Assembly (NCBI GenBank): GCA_963678925.1
Contig: OY787533.1
Coordinates: 994,174 to 1,058,173 of the forward strand
From: an uncultured Acidaminobacter sp.
GTDB taxonomy: Bacteria; Bacillota; Clostridia; Peptostreptococcales; Acidaminobacteraceae
DNA length: 64,000 nt
Direction of reading: 5' to 3'
Part shown: positions 49,405 to 59,357 of the stretch, piece after piece
Numbering within the stretch: the first letter of the stretch is position 1
Layout: each line of letters starts with the position of its first letter
Notes under the pieces: model-generated
What the model saw: only the letters and a program-made list of their open reading frames with translations
Told to the model about the DNA's origin: nothing
Databases searched by the model: none
Program-made: the position numbers and the translations under genes

Positions 49405-51351
49405 TCAGCTCACTTGAAATTTCGGCAGTTTAATTGTAAATGTGGTTCCTACACCAACTTCACTCTCAACGGATATTTCACCATCGTTCTCCATAATAAG
49501 CTGCCGGCATATGGCCAAACCAATACCCGTTCCATCAGATTTAGAAGTATAAAAAGGTTCAAAGACCTTTTCAATGGTATCCTTGGGGATGCCTGACCCA
49601 CTGTCACTCACCTTGATAACAACCCTGTCCTTTTCAGGTGTTGCGACAAGATGGATGTGTCCACGCTCAGCCAAGGCTTCATAGCTGTTCATGACAAGGT
49701 TAATCAAAACCTGCTTCAGATGACTTGTGTCACCCCAGCAGATCAGTCCACCTGCATCTGCCATGAAGTTCACACGCTTCTCAACAACTTTCTGCTTGAA
49801 GAGGCGGTCGACTTCTTCAAACAGATCATCCAGCTCAACGTAATCCGGTTGGGAACTGTTGGGCTTGGTATAGTCAAGCAGGTTCATCAGCAGGACATTG
49901 AGTCGTTTGATTTCATCAGGTACAACACTCATGAAATAGTCCTGGAACTCATTATCATCCCAGTTTTTAGGAAGCTTTTTCACATATGCATCTATTGAGT
50001 TCAAAGGATTTTTCAGCTCATGGGCAATCCCGGCAGAGAGTCGGCTCAAGGAATTGAGCTTGTCATTCTGACTCAAGAGGTCCATAAGACCCTTTTCGTT
50101 TGTAAAATCGTTGATCAGAAGGATGGTTCCCTCCGTTCCTTCCGGTCCCTTTATTGGAATAAAGCTATACTGCACATGGACTGTTTCACCTGTTTCACGT
50201 TCAAAGGCAACCGCATCGGTATAGGCTCTCCCGGCCAAGGCATCCTGATAGCCTGTAACCTGAATTTTACTTGCAATATCAAGCCGTCTCCAGTCTTGCC
50301 CTAGCTTGATGCGTTCCTTAAGTATTTTACGTGCTGCCGAATTGTACTGGATAACACTTTGGGTATTGTCCATTACAATGATTCCGCTGGTGATACTCTC
50401 CAGTATATTGTCCTTCTGACGATTGCTTTTTTCAAGAAGCTGCTGATTCAAATGAAGTTCATCCGTTCTGCGCTGGACTTCTTTTTGCAGGCTGTGATTG
50501 AGCCAAATTACAAGCGAGATTCCCAGCATACTTACACCGAATACCAAGCCCAGTATAATGACCAGTTCGCCCATGTATCTTGGTTCTTTGCCCACAAACT
50601 CACCAAACCATCTGGAGTAGATTTTGTCATAGACAGAATTTTTCCGAATTCTCGCAAGACCTTCATTGAGGTCATCGCTCAGGGCATCATTCCCCAAGCG
50701 AACCGCTATGGCTGAAGGCTTTCCAACCAGTTCTTCGCCAACTATCTTGACCTGATCCCCAAGCTTGTCCTTTTGTATGATGTATTTACCAGTCAGACTA
50801 TTTCCGACAACCGCATCTACATCACCACGCAGAAGGGCTCCAATCGCCTCTGGCTGACTGGCTACGCCCACGAGCTTGATGGATTCAATTTCTTCAAGAT
50901 ACTCCTGATTCACATCTGCGCTCTGATAGGCAACGCGCACATTTTTCAAATCATTCAAACCGGATATGTATGTTGTCTCTGCCCTTACAAATATGGCATC
51001 GGTGTGCTCAATTGTCGGATCTGTAAAAGCATAGGTTTCCATTCTCTTGTCCGTTATGGACATAAACTGGACAGCGTCCACCTGATTGTTTTCAAGGGCC
51101 TGCATGGCATCTTCCCATTCCATAGGAAGAAACTCCACTTTGTAGCCAGCTTCCTTTGCAACAGCATTCATGATATCTACAGCATAACCTTTGAATTCAC
51201 CATTTTCATCAATGTATTCATAGGGTGGGTAATTGCTGTCACCTGCAACATGGAGGATTTTATCCTCAGCAAACGAAGGTAAGACGGCGCATATTGAAAA
51301 AACAAGAGCCATTAAGACAAAGACTTTATACAGTTTTTTTAGCACGTACAC
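49405..51351 (-). CDS. Sensor histidine kinase with extracytoplasmic solute-binding (SBP family 3) domain, PAS, HisKA and HATPase
   Basis: 648 aa. Signal/TM, then PPYEY...GYAVDIMNAVAKEAG SBP_bac_3-like domain, TM, PAS-like region, H-box AGIAHELKNPLNSI, and G-boxes DSGSGIP / GTGIGLAIC. No response regulator adjacent. Confidence 0.88.
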   Translation of the reverse strand: MYVLKKLYKVFVLMALVFSICAVLPSFAEDKILHVAGDSNYPPYEYIDENGEFKGYAVDIMNAVAKEAGYKVEFLPMEWEDAMQALENNQVDAVQFMSITDKRMETYAFTDPTIEHTDAIFVRAETTYISGLNDLKNVRVAYQSADVNQEYLEEIESIKLVGVASQPEAIGALLRGDVDAVVGNSLTGKYIIQKDKLGDQVKIVGEELVGKPSAIAVRLGNDALSDDLNEGLARIRKNSVYDKIYSRWFGEFVGKEPRYMGELVIILGLVFGVSMLGISLVIWLNHSLQKEVQRRTDELHLNQQLLEKSNRQKDNILESITSGIIVMDNTQSVIQYNSAARKILKERIKLGQDWRRLDIASKIQVTGYQDALAGRAYTDAVAFERETGETVHVQYSFIPIKGPEGTEGTILLINDFTNEKGLMDLLSQNDKLNSLSRLSAGIAHELKNPLNSIDAYVKKLPKNWDDNEFQDYFMSVVPDEIKRLNVLLMNLLDYTKPNSSQPDYVELDDLFEEVDRLFKQKVVEKRVNFMADAGGLICWGDTSHLKQVLINLVMNSYEALAERGHIHLVATPEKDRVVIKVSDSGSGIPKDTIEKVFEPFYTSKSDGTGIGLAICRQLIMENDGEISVESEVGVGTTFTIKLPKFQVS

Positions 51352-51518
51352 CCCTCCTTTACTGATGTAGAAACACGTTTATCCATATTAAGGTATGTGC
51401 ATTTTCGTGCACAGCTCAATAGTATATATCTCCACACTGTATAGAATAGCAGATATTCGACAAAATTCCTATTTATTTGACAACAATAAGCTCACATTTT
51501 CATAACATTTAACAAAGA

Positions 51519-51554
51519 ACAAAAAAAGACTGAGTATGGATTCACACTCAGTCT
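51519..51554 (-). terminator. Terminator after the MFS gene
   Basis: Minus strand: AGACUGAGU...ACUCAGUCU followed by UUUUUUU. Confidence 0.75.
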
Positions 51555-51562
51555 CTTAAGAC

Positions 51563-52819
51563 TTAATTGATATGCGCTTTTGCAGGTCGTGTCATGCTTT
51601 TCCCTTTTTCCCGTTGGTCCAGTACATACATGGCTATGATGGAGATTGTCATGAGGGCAGAAATCAAATGCCAGGCCTTAGCGATGGCCATATACTCAAG
51701 TGCAATTCCCATCAAATACGGACTGACCGTATGTCCAAGTCCTATGATCATTGGGAGTACCGAGTTCATGCGTCCGCGGTGGGAAGCCGGTGTATGGTTG
51801 ATAATAAACGGCATAAAGCTGATTACGACAATAATCTCACCAAGCGTCATTAGAAATACAGTCAGGAAAAATGCCGGCTTTGTATCAATGAACCCTAGAA
51901 CACCAAAGCCAAACAGGTAGAAGAAGCCACCGATGACGATACGCCATGTATTTCGTCTGCCATCCAGCTTCGAAGTCAGGTATGGTGTGAATAGGATTAC
52001 TATAAGACCGTTAAAGCTCGCAAGCAATCCATAAAGCGCCGCACCCGATTTACCGTAGACTTCAGATGCATGCAGGGGAATCAGGAAGGACCACTGCTGA
52101 TATACGAAATTGTATCCGAGCATAATCAGTGAGAAATAGATGAGTATTGGCCGGTTGAGGATAACCCGGAAAATACTGCCCTCTTCATTCTTTTCTGCGT
52201 CTGATAGGGCTGTGTCGTCTTTTGAGAGGCCAATGGTTTCCGGAATCATTAGAACGATGAGTGCAACTCCAATCAAAGCCGTTACAGCATCTCCCATGAA
52301 GAAGAGGAAAAACATCCTTTTTGAAAAGAGAAGCCCCCCCAGTGTTGGCCCAATGGCAAACCCCAGGTTGAAGCCCAGGTATGTCAGCGAGAATGCATTC
52401 TCTCTATTTTCCTTATTTGTCAGGTCTGCGACAAGGGCGCCGTGTGCCGGGTCGGACATGCCATAACAAAACATTGCAGCCATGAGCATGACCAGGGTCA
52501 TCATGGTAATCGGCATAAATGCGCAAACCATGTAAAACAGGGCTGCGATGGTATCAAAGATCACCAGGATTTTTTTTCGCCCTATGCTGTCTACAAGTTT
52601 TCCACCAAGCAAACTGCTAAAGGTGAAAATGAAGCCACCAATCATCATTACAAATCCGGACTCCTTTGGAGACATGTTAAGCTCCTGATTCATGAGTATA
52701 ATCAGCAGCGGAAACACAAATACCCCCATGGCATTGATTACACGCGCAAAGAAAATCACGTAGATTTCCCGCGGTAGCCCTCTATATGCTTTTAAATAGT
52801 TCATTATCATCTGTTTCAT
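51563..52819 (-). CDS. MFS transporter
   Basis: ORF 51563..52864. Start placed at MKQMIMNYLKAYRG. 12-TM-like pattern, with GGKLVDSIGRKK loop motif A. Confidence 0.85.
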   Translation of the reverse strand: MKQMIMNYLKAYRGLPREIYVIFFARVINAMGVFVFPLLIILMNQELNMSPKESGFVMMIGGFIFTFSSLLGGKLVDSIGRKKILVIFDTIAALFYMVCAFMPITMMTLVMLMAAMFCYGMSDPAHGALVADLTNKENRENAFSLTYLGFNLGFAIGPTLGGLLFSKRMFFLFFMGDAVTALIGVALIVLMIPETIGLSKDDTALSDAEKNEEGSIFRVILNRPILIYFSLIMLGYNFVYQQWSFLIPLHASEVYGKSGAALYGLLASFNGLIVILFTPYLTSKLDGRRNTWRIVIGGFFYLFGFGVLGFIDTKPAFFLTVFLMTLGEIIVVISFMPFIINHTPASHRGRMNSVLPMIIGLGHTVSPYLMGIALEYMAIAKAWHLISALMTISIIAMYVLDQREKGKSMTRPAKAHIN

Positions 52820-53090
52820 GTTTATCACCCGTCCGCTTTCCACATCTGTCATACATCGATGCAAATCATGGCATGAAAGATTCAGCGTTCGCTTCGAGTA
52901 CTGTGTTTAATAGTTACCCATTTCAGGGATTTCAATTCAACTTAACATTAAACTTTATTTAACGTTAAGTTTATTTTACTCGTTTCTTTTAATGGTGTCA
53001 AGTCTTATAGTGTGACTGGTCAAGCTCTCATTTGATTTCTACATTAAAAAAGAAGACATTCACAGTTTTCATGCGAACATCTTCTTCAAA

Positions 53091-53426
53091 TCATTTCATG
53101 TTTCTGTTAAACACCACAAGTACATCTGGCTCTTCCAGATCCCACTTAAAACCAAACTCTTCGATTCTGGTCTTTTCAATATACGCCTTGATATTGCGAT
53201 TTAGCCCGACCGGATTCAATGGGGGTATTACATCTTCATTAAAAGTAAAATACATCTTCGGGGTAATCGCACATCCACTTACGCCTACACGCCTTGGAAC
53301 GACGCCATCATACGTCTGCTTTCTCAGATGGTCGGCCAGGCGCGAGAACAGTGCAGTCTCTCTGTATGGGTTGTCCAGAAGCCTTGAATCTGCCAGTCTG
53401 ATTTCAAACTGTATTAACCGATCCAT
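53091..53426 (-). CDS. Hypothetical protein
   Basis: ORF 53091..53489. Probable start at MDRLIQFEIRL. No recognisable motif. Confidence 0.4.
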   Translation of the reverse strand: MDRLIQFEIRLADSRLLDNPYRETALFSRLADHLRKQTYDGVVPRRVGVSGCAITPKMYFTFNEDVIPPLNPVGLNRNIKAYIEKTRIEEFGFKWDLEEPDVLVVFNRNMK

Positions 53427-53606
53427 GGTTCCTCCTTCCTCACGCGAATATAACATACCCCCAAAACTTAAAATATAACAAAACATCAATATTCTTTATA
53501 CAGGCATGCTGTAAAATGGGTATAAGGGGACCACACAGTATTTTCATCACACGCTTTCCACCATCGAAAACCGGCTTACAAGACTATTGTATAAAGGAGT
53601 TGCCTT

Positions 53607-54230
53607 ATGTATACACTGCCTGAGCTCGAACCGAACTTTGACCTGCGCCACCGCGCACGGTCCATCCTCCAGGATAATTGGTGGCCATGCATCAGCATCA
53701 CAATCATATATTTGATTGTTCAGTTTGTCCTGAACAGGATTCCCATTATTGGCAGTCACATCAGCTTTATTATTTCAGGACCCCTCAATTTGGGATTTGC
53801 AATTTTCTATTTGAACTTCATACGTTCTGAAGACCCGGACTACAATGACTTTTTCGCAGGATTTCAAGATTTTGGAAGAAGTCTCGCCGCAATCATACTG
53901 CTAGCTGTCTTTATTCTTGCATGGGCAGTCCTGCTCGTTATTCCAGGTATCATTGCCGCGTATAGATATTCCATGACCTTTTATATTTTGTCAGACAATC
54001 CGGATATAAGTGCGATTGATGCCCTGCGCCTTAGCTCCGACATGATGGAAGGGGCAAAAATGAAGCTCTTCCAGCTCCACTTGAGCTTTATAGGCTGGGC
54101 CCTTCTTACAGCCCTAACCGCTGGAGTTGGTCAGGTCCTTCTCATTCCTTATGTCATGACGAGTCAAGCCTACTTCTATGAGAACCTGAAGGCTGCCTAT
54201 GAGGCAGATGTGTATCCAGTGCTGGAATAA
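53607..54230 (+). CDS. DUF975-family integral membrane protein
   Basis: 207 aa. N-terminal RHRARSILQDNWWPCISITIIYLIV and a 4-5 TM pattern typical of DUF975. Confidence 0.7.
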   Translation: MYTLPELEPNFDLRHRARSILQDNWWPCISITIIYLIVQFVLNRIPIIGSHISFIISGPLNLGFAIFYLNFIRSEDPDYNDFFAGFQDFGRSLAAIILLAVFILAWAVLLVIPGIIAAYRYSMTFYILSDNPDISAIDALRLSSDMMEGAKMKLFQLHLSFIGWALLTALTAGVGQVLLIPYVMTSQAYFYENLKAAYEADVYPVLE

Positions 54231-54435
54231 TGGACAGGGCAATCTACGATTGCCCATGTCGTTAGATACGCTTTTGCTGATTTACTTTTTAGTCAGTAGA
54301 ATAATGGACAGGGCAATCTGTGATTGCCCATGTCGTTAGGCGCGCCATATACTCAAAAATAAGAGAAGACCCAGTTTTGTGCGAGCACAACTGGGTCTTC
54401 TCTTATTTTTGAGTGCATTGCTTTGTCTTTTACGG
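54226..54435 (+). repeat. Structured intergenic repeat family, locus B
   Basis: AATAATGGACAGGGCAATCT-N2-GATTGCCCATGTCGTTAG occurs twice. The second copy continues into GCGCGCCATATA, then a 26-bp perfect hairpin ACTCAAAAATAAGAGAAGACCCAGTT / AACTGGGTCTTCTCTTATTTTTGAGT, then GCATTGCTTTGTCTTTTACGG. Confidence 0.8.
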
Positions 54436-54439
54436 ATTC

Positions 54440-56098
54440 TTACAAATCCAATATTTTCATTATTTTCAGGGCGGTTTGCAGGCCGTAGCGCTCGCCTTCA
54501 TCATCCAGGTTCTTACCTGTGATTTCCTGAATTCTGTTGATTCTGTAGAGGACTGTATTGTAATGCGTAAACAGTTTCTCTGACATTTTCTTCAGATTGC
54601 CATTGGTTTCAAAATAAATTATAAGTGACTTAACGAGTTCCGTGTCCCGTTTTCTATCATAAATAACCAGCGGCTTGAGTGTTGCTTCATAAAAACTTAC
54701 AAGCTCCTCTTTCAGATGATCCTGACAGAATATCTTATAAATGCCCAAATCTTCAAAATCAATGATTGTATCATCGACAAAGTTTACAGAAGCTTCAACT
54801 GCCTTTTCAGCATCACGGAGAGACTTATAGGTATTTTCAAGCCCCTTGTAGACACGTCCGATTCCAATTCTGAAATTCAGGGCGTTCATCTTGGTGTTGA
54901 GGATGTTCTCTATGGTCACAGCAGACTGCGAAGCATTCTTAGCATGCTCGTCCCGACTCCTCCACATATAGAGTATGTGGATTTTCCTGCCCTTGTTCGC
55001 CATCAAGTATGTTCTAGAGCCGTCACGACACGCCAGGTCTATCATGTACATAGCCTTAATCAGCGCCTGACTGTAGGCACTGTCATCCTGAGTTTCATTG
55101 GATCCCTCTTCAAACATGACCGTCAGGATACTATAATGACCCTCTTTGTCGAACCGGTAGTAGTTCGCACGCTCCAGCGCCTTTTCCTTACGCTTCTGAT
55201 CAAGAGATATCAGATCTTCGAAGAACTCCGCCTTGTATTTGTTCTCAACCTCTTGTACAGAGATACGCTTGAGAAACTCCATGGCAATCACATTGGAGGT
55301 AGATTCAAGACTTAGAACATCGAAGTTTGTCAGTTCTCTCCAAATACCATAGGTAATCAGATGGCCGTATACATTGTTACGCACAATAATCGGCACCATC
55401 AACCGGTCCACTGTCTGACCGCTGATAATAACCTGATCCTTCGATGACTTATTGGATTTAAAGCTCGACTTGCTTTTTCTAAGACTCTGGTTTATATCTT
55501 CAACAAGGACCTTATAGAGGGCATCAGTACTATCGCCAATATGAATGCATTCCTCAAAGTGATGATCTTTTACAAGAATAGGATTTTCAATGCTTTTGGC
55601 AAGGTTGCCCAAAATATCCTCAATGCCGCCACCTTTAAGCACGGCTTTCATATTATCCTTATGAAGTGTTTCAACTTTTCGAATTATGGACGACTGTCTG
55701 TCGAATATTTCCTTAAAAACAGGCGTCATAATATCTGTAAATGGCACATTGTAATCGAGTTCAATAATTGGAAACTTGAGCTCATTTGCCATGTTTACAA
55801 CCTCATCAGGCAGCTTGTCCAAATACGGATACACTTTGATGCCAATGCCGGATAGCTTCTTGCGGCTGCTCTCCTTTATGAGATTCAGTTGTGTTGTCAA
55901 GTCAGATGTCTTAAAGAAGTATGCCGTAGTTAAAAGAAACTCTCCACGGTCCACCCAATTTAGAATATCTGGGTCTGCCATAACATTTACTTGAGTGATG
56001 ATGTTGTTCAGGCCATCCTCGCCTGCAAGAATTGTGCAATTTTTCATGCTATCCATTTTCAAAATATCCCGGATGGCTACGCCTGTTTCTCTTATCAC
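54440..56098 (-). CDS. PucR-family transcriptional regulator (purine catabolism regulator-like)
   Basis: 552 aa. N-terminal PucR-type domain (ILKMDSMKNCTILAGEDGLNNIITQVNVM), central GGDEF-like linker region and C-terminal HTH (LFTHYNTVLYRINRIQEITG). Confidence 0.8.
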   Translation of the reverse strand: MIRETGVAIRDILKMDSMKNCTILAGEDGLNNIITQVNVMADPDILNWVDRGEFLLTTAYFFKTSDLTTQLNLIKESSRKKLSGIGIKVYPYLDKLPDEVVNMANELKFPIIELDYNVPFTDIMTPVFKEIFDRQSSIIRKVETLHKDNMKAVLKGGGIEDILGNLAKSIENPILVKDHHFEECIHIGDSTDALYKVLVEDINQSLRKSKSSFKSNKSSKDQVIISGQTVDRLMVPIIVRNNVYGHLITYGIWRELTNFDVLSLESTSNVIAMEFLKRISVQEVENKYKAEFFEDLISLDQKRKEKALERANYYRFDKEGHYSILTVMFEEGSNETQDDSAYSQALIKAMYMIDLACRDGSRTYLMANKGRKIHILYMWRSRDEHAKNASQSAVTIENILNTKMNALNFRIGIGRVYKGLENTYKSLRDAEKAVEASVNFVDDTIIDFEDLGIYKIFCQDHLKEELVSFYEATLKPLVIYDRKRDTELVKSLIIYFETNGNLKKMSEKLFTHYNTVLYRINRIQEITGKNLDDEGERYGLQTALKIMKILDL

Positions 56099-56233
56099 TA
56101 TTCCACCTTCTTCATCTGGTATGGTTTATAAATTTAATATAAGATTATCATAACAATATCAATTATACAACAAATTCCTTTGTTACTATATACTAAATAA
56201 AAATAAGCTGAGGGAAATCCATCGATCTTTCCA

Positions 56234-56263
56234 CAAAAAAGAGACGCTTATGCAAGCGTCTCC
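56234..56263 (-). terminator. Terminator after cobT
   Basis: Minus strand: GGAGACGCUU-GCAU-AAGCGUCUC followed by UUUUUU. Confidence 0.8.
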
Positions 56264-56286
56264 GTTCACGCATTCAGTATTCAGTT

Positions 56287-57345
56287 CTACTTTTCAGCAG
56301 GCGGTAATGTAAAGCCGCCTTCACTGAAGGAAACCATCTCTGATTCCATATGAAGCGCTGCATTCAAGATGCCAAACATCAATGCCGCACCTGTACCTTC
56401 CCCAAGGCGCATATCCATTGCCAGGGGCGGATCAAGCTCCAAATATCCTGCTGCAATCTGTGCACCTGGCTCCATGGACCGATGCGAGGGAATCAGATAC
56501 CCTTTGACTTCCGGCTTGATTGTCACCGCGAGCGTCGCAGCTGCAAGGGCTATGAAACCATCTACAATTACTGGAACATTTCTTGAAGCACATCCCAATA
56601 TGACACCTGCCATACCACCAATATCAAGGCCGCCAACCTTGGCCAGCACATCAACACCATCCCTTGGATCTGGCTGATTGATTGAAATGGATTTTTTAAT
56701 GACATCCACCTTGTGCTTGACCAAATCTCTAGGAAGATTCGCACCCGGCCCTGTAACGATTTCAGGATCAGTTCCTGTTATCACTGAAACAATGGCCGAT
56801 GATGGTGTGGTATTGGCGATTCCCATCTCACCAATGCCCATTATTCTGGTGCCTTCATCAATTTTCTGACAGGCTACTTCTATGCCAACTTCGAGAGCCT
56901 TAATGGCTTCCTCTCGACTCATTGCCGACCCCTTTGCCAGGTTATGTGTGCCCTTTGGCATGATTTTTCTGTGAAGCACTTCCGTGCCGCTCATATCTGC
57001 ATCGATGCCGATATCGACGACGACGACTTCTGCGCCCGCCGCCTTCGACAGAGCGCAGACCCCAGTGAGTCCCTTTGTCATATTCACAGCCTGAACCATG
57101 GTTACCGCTCGCGGACTGACCGCAACACCTTCTTCAAATACGCCATGATCAGACGCCATGACGACAATGGCCTTCTTATCGAGTGTCGGCTTCATGGTCT
57201 TCTGTATCCCGCAAAGCTGTACAAAGTAAGATTCAAGCTTACCTAGACTGCCCTCCGGCTTTATCAAATCATCGACTCTAAATTTTGCACTTTCCATGGT
57301 CTTGCTGCATACGGGTTGGATTTCTTGAATCACGCGTTCAAGCAT
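56287..57345 (-). CDS. cobT: Nicotinate-nucleotide--dimethylbenzimidazole phosphoribosyltransferase
   Basis: 352 aa. KPEGSLGKLE, GIANTT and GEGTGA motifs. Confidence 0.93.
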   Translation of the reverse strand: MLERVIQEIQPVCSKTMESAKFRVDDLIKPEGSLGKLESYFVQLCGIQKTMKPTLDKKAIVVMASDHGVFEEGVAVSPRAVTMVQAVNMTKGLTGVCALSKAAGAEVVVVDIGIDADMSGTEVLHRKIMPKGTHNLAKGSAMSREEAIKALEVGIEVACQKIDEGTRIMGIGEMGIANTTPSSAIVSVITGTDPEIVTGPGANLPRDLVKHKVDVIKKSISINQPDPRDGVDVLAKVGGLDIGGMAGVILGCASRNVPVIVDGFIALAAATLAVTIKPEVKGYLIPSHRSMEPGAQIAAGYLELDPPLAMDMRLGEGTGAALMFGILNAALHMESEMVSFSEGGFTLPPAEK

Positions 57346-57508
57346 AGCGCTTCCTCCTTATAATGCATGCAATAAAAAAACGACACCTCGTCGCGGCATC
57401 GCAGTCTAAGTCGTGATTCAGTTTTCTTCTTTATATAGAAGAACCACGACATTTGCATGCGCAAACAATCGTGGACGTTACCATAATCCATTTAATATCC
57501 ATTCTGCT

Positions 57509-57635
57509 GGCAGGTCTCCTGGCTCAGTATCAACGTTCATTTCGCCTTCCCAACTTTCGCAGTCAGTGGCATGTGAAACAAACTCCTCATTACAGTGGCG
57601 GGACCGCGCTGGAATTGAACCAGCTTCCCTATTCT
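57509..57635 (-). promoter_or_regulatory. Cobalamin riboswitch in the cobT leader
   Basis: Minus-strand RNA: AAUAGGGAAGCUGGUUCAAUUCCAGCGCGGUCCCGCCACUGUAAUGAGGAG ... CCACUGACUGCGAAAGUUGGGAAGG ... AGCCAGGAGACCUGCC. Confidence 0.9.
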
Positions 57636-57744
57636 CCCTTGCGGGCACCTTCAGAAATATAAATTTGTCGAGCACATAAGCTCTATATGTATTATAAACG
57701 AAGACGGCACGGCAAATCAATAACCTTTATTGATATTTATTTGT

Positions 57745-57935
57745 GCAATCTAACGATTTCTCATGTCGCTTGAAGCACTTAATTGTCCCTATTTGAATCG
57801 CAATGTACAGAGCAATCTTACGATTGCTCATGTCGTTAGGCACGCCATATACTTGAGTACAGAAGAGGCTCAATTTTTGTGCGAGTACAAATAAAACCTC
57901 TTCTGTACTCAAGTGCACTGCTTTGCCTTTTACGC
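57745..57935 (+). repeat. Structured intergenic repeat family, locus C
   Basis: A degenerate first module (GCAATCTAACGATTTCTCATGTCGC) followed by a full module: GAGCAATC-TTA-CGATTGCTCATGTCGTTAGGCACGCCATATA, then hairpin ACTTGAGTACAGAAGAGG...CCTCTTCTGTACTCAAGT, then GCACTGCTTTGCCTTTTACGC. Confidence 0.8.
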
Positions 57936-57961
57936 AAAAAGGACCGTCCTAAGACGGTCCT
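57936..57961 (-). terminator. gdhA terminator
   Basis: Minus strand: AGGACCGUC-UUAG-GACGGUCCU followed by UUUUU. Confidence 0.75.
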
Positions 57962-58010
57962 TGTAATTGTTCTATTAATTCGCTCGCCAGAGCATGTAAG
58001 AATTTATATC

Positions 58011-59357
58011 TTAGTAGTTACCTTGTGCGTGCATTGCTTCTGCAACTTTTAGGAAGCCTGCGATGTTAGCACCAGCAACTAGGTCGTAACCGAAGCCGTA
58101 TTCTTCAGCAGCTTTCATAGAGTTGTCATGGATGTTAACCATGATTTGGTGAAGCTTAGCGTCAACTTCTTCTGCAGTCCAAGACATTCTCATAGAGTTT
58201 TGAGACATTTCTAGAGCTGAAGTAGCAACACCACCAGCGTTAGCTGCCTTAGCAGGACCAACTAGAACGCCATTCTTTTGTAGGTAAGAAAGTGCTTCGT
58301 TAGTTGTAGGCATGTTTGAACCTTCGCAAACGAACTTGATGCCGTTAGCAACGATCTTCTCAGCATGCTCCATGTGGATCTCATTTTGAGTAGCACATGG
58401 GATAACAACGTCAACTTTAACGCCCCAAGGTCTTTCGCCAGCGAAGAACTCAGCACCAAACTTGTCAGCGTAATCTTTAACACGGTCGTTACCAGAAGCA
58501 CGCATTTCAAGTAGGTAGTTGATTTTTTCGTCAGTGTTAACACCATCAGCATCGTAAACGTATCCGTCTGGACCAGATAGAGTAACAACTTTACCGCCTA
58601 GGTCACGGATCTTGATGCAAGCGCCCCAAGTTACGTTACCGAAGCCTGAAAGTGCAACAGTTTTGCCTTCGAATGAAGTACCTTCATGCTTAAGCATTTC
58701 TTCACAGAAGTAAGTGATACCGAAGCCAGTAGCTTCTGGACGGATTAGAGAACCACCGTAAGGTAGACCTTTACCAGTTAGAACGCCATTTTCGAATGCG
58801 CCACGGATTCTTCTGTATTGTCCGTATAGGTAGCCGATTTCACGACCGCCAACACCGATGTCGCCAGCAGGAACGTCAACGTCAGGACCGATGTGTCTGT
58901 ATAGCTCAGTCATGAAAGACTGGCAGAAACGCATAACTTCAGCGTCTGATTTACCGTTAGGATCGAAGTCAGAACCACCTTTACCGCCGCCGATTGGAAG
59001 ACCAGTCAGTGAGTTCTTGAAGATTTGCTCGAAACCTAGGAATTTGATGATTCCGATGTAAACTGATTTGTGGAAACGTAGACCACCTTTATAAGGTCCG
59101 ATAGCACCATTGAACTGAACACGGAAACCTCTGTTAACTTGAAGTTTACCAGCATCGTCAACCCAAGGTACACGGAATGCGATTTGTCTTTCAGGCTCAG
59201 CCATTCTCTCAAGAATGTTTGCTTCTACCCACTGTGGGTTCTTTTCTAGAACTGGAGCTAGTGAGTGGAATACTTCTTCAACAGCTTGTAGAAATTCTGC
59301 TTCGCTTGAATTTCTAGCTTTAACACGATCCAATACTTCTTGAATGTAAGACGTCAT
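58011..59357 (-). CDS. gdhA: NADP-specific glutamate dehydrogenase
   Basis: 448 aa. GGGKGGSDFDP catalytic Lys region and a Rossmann GFGNV motif. Confidence 0.96.
   Translation of the reverse strand: MTSYIQEVLDRVKARNSSEAEFLQAVEEVFHSLAPVLEKNPQWVEANILERMAEPERQIAFRVPWVDDAGKLQVNRGFRVQFNGAIGPYKGGLRFHKSVYIGIIKFLGFEQIFKNSLTGLPIGGGKGGSDFDPNGKSDAEVMRFCQSFMTELYRHIGPDVDVPAGDIGVGGREIGYLYGQYRRIRGAFENGVLTGKGLPYGGSLIRPEATGFGITYFCEEMLKHEGTSFEGKTVALSGFGNVTWGACIKIRDLGGKVVTLSGPDGYVYDADGVNTDEKINYLLEMRASGNDRVKDYADKFGAEFFAGERPWGVKVDVVIPCATQNEIHMEHAEKIVANGIKFVCEGSNMPTTNEALSYLQKNGVLVGPAKAANAGGVATSALEMSQNSMRMSWTAEEVDAKLHQIMVNIHDNSMKAAEEYGFGYDLVAGANIAGFLKVAEAMHAQGNY

Noticed and set aside
53032-53478. A 148-aa + strand ORF opposite the 53091-53426 hypothetical gene.
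   Set aside because: It is Ser-rich and low-complexity with no RBS. The minus-strand ORF has a more protein-like composition, although neither is strongly supported.
54300-54435. The repeat-family elements read as integron attC sites, because GTTAGGC (the classical attC core) occurs in the conserved linker.
   Set aside because: The GTTAGGC is internal, not terminal, and no inverse core RYYYAAC sits at the opposite end. No intI gene or cassette-like ORF organisation is present, and locus A has GTAACGC instead.
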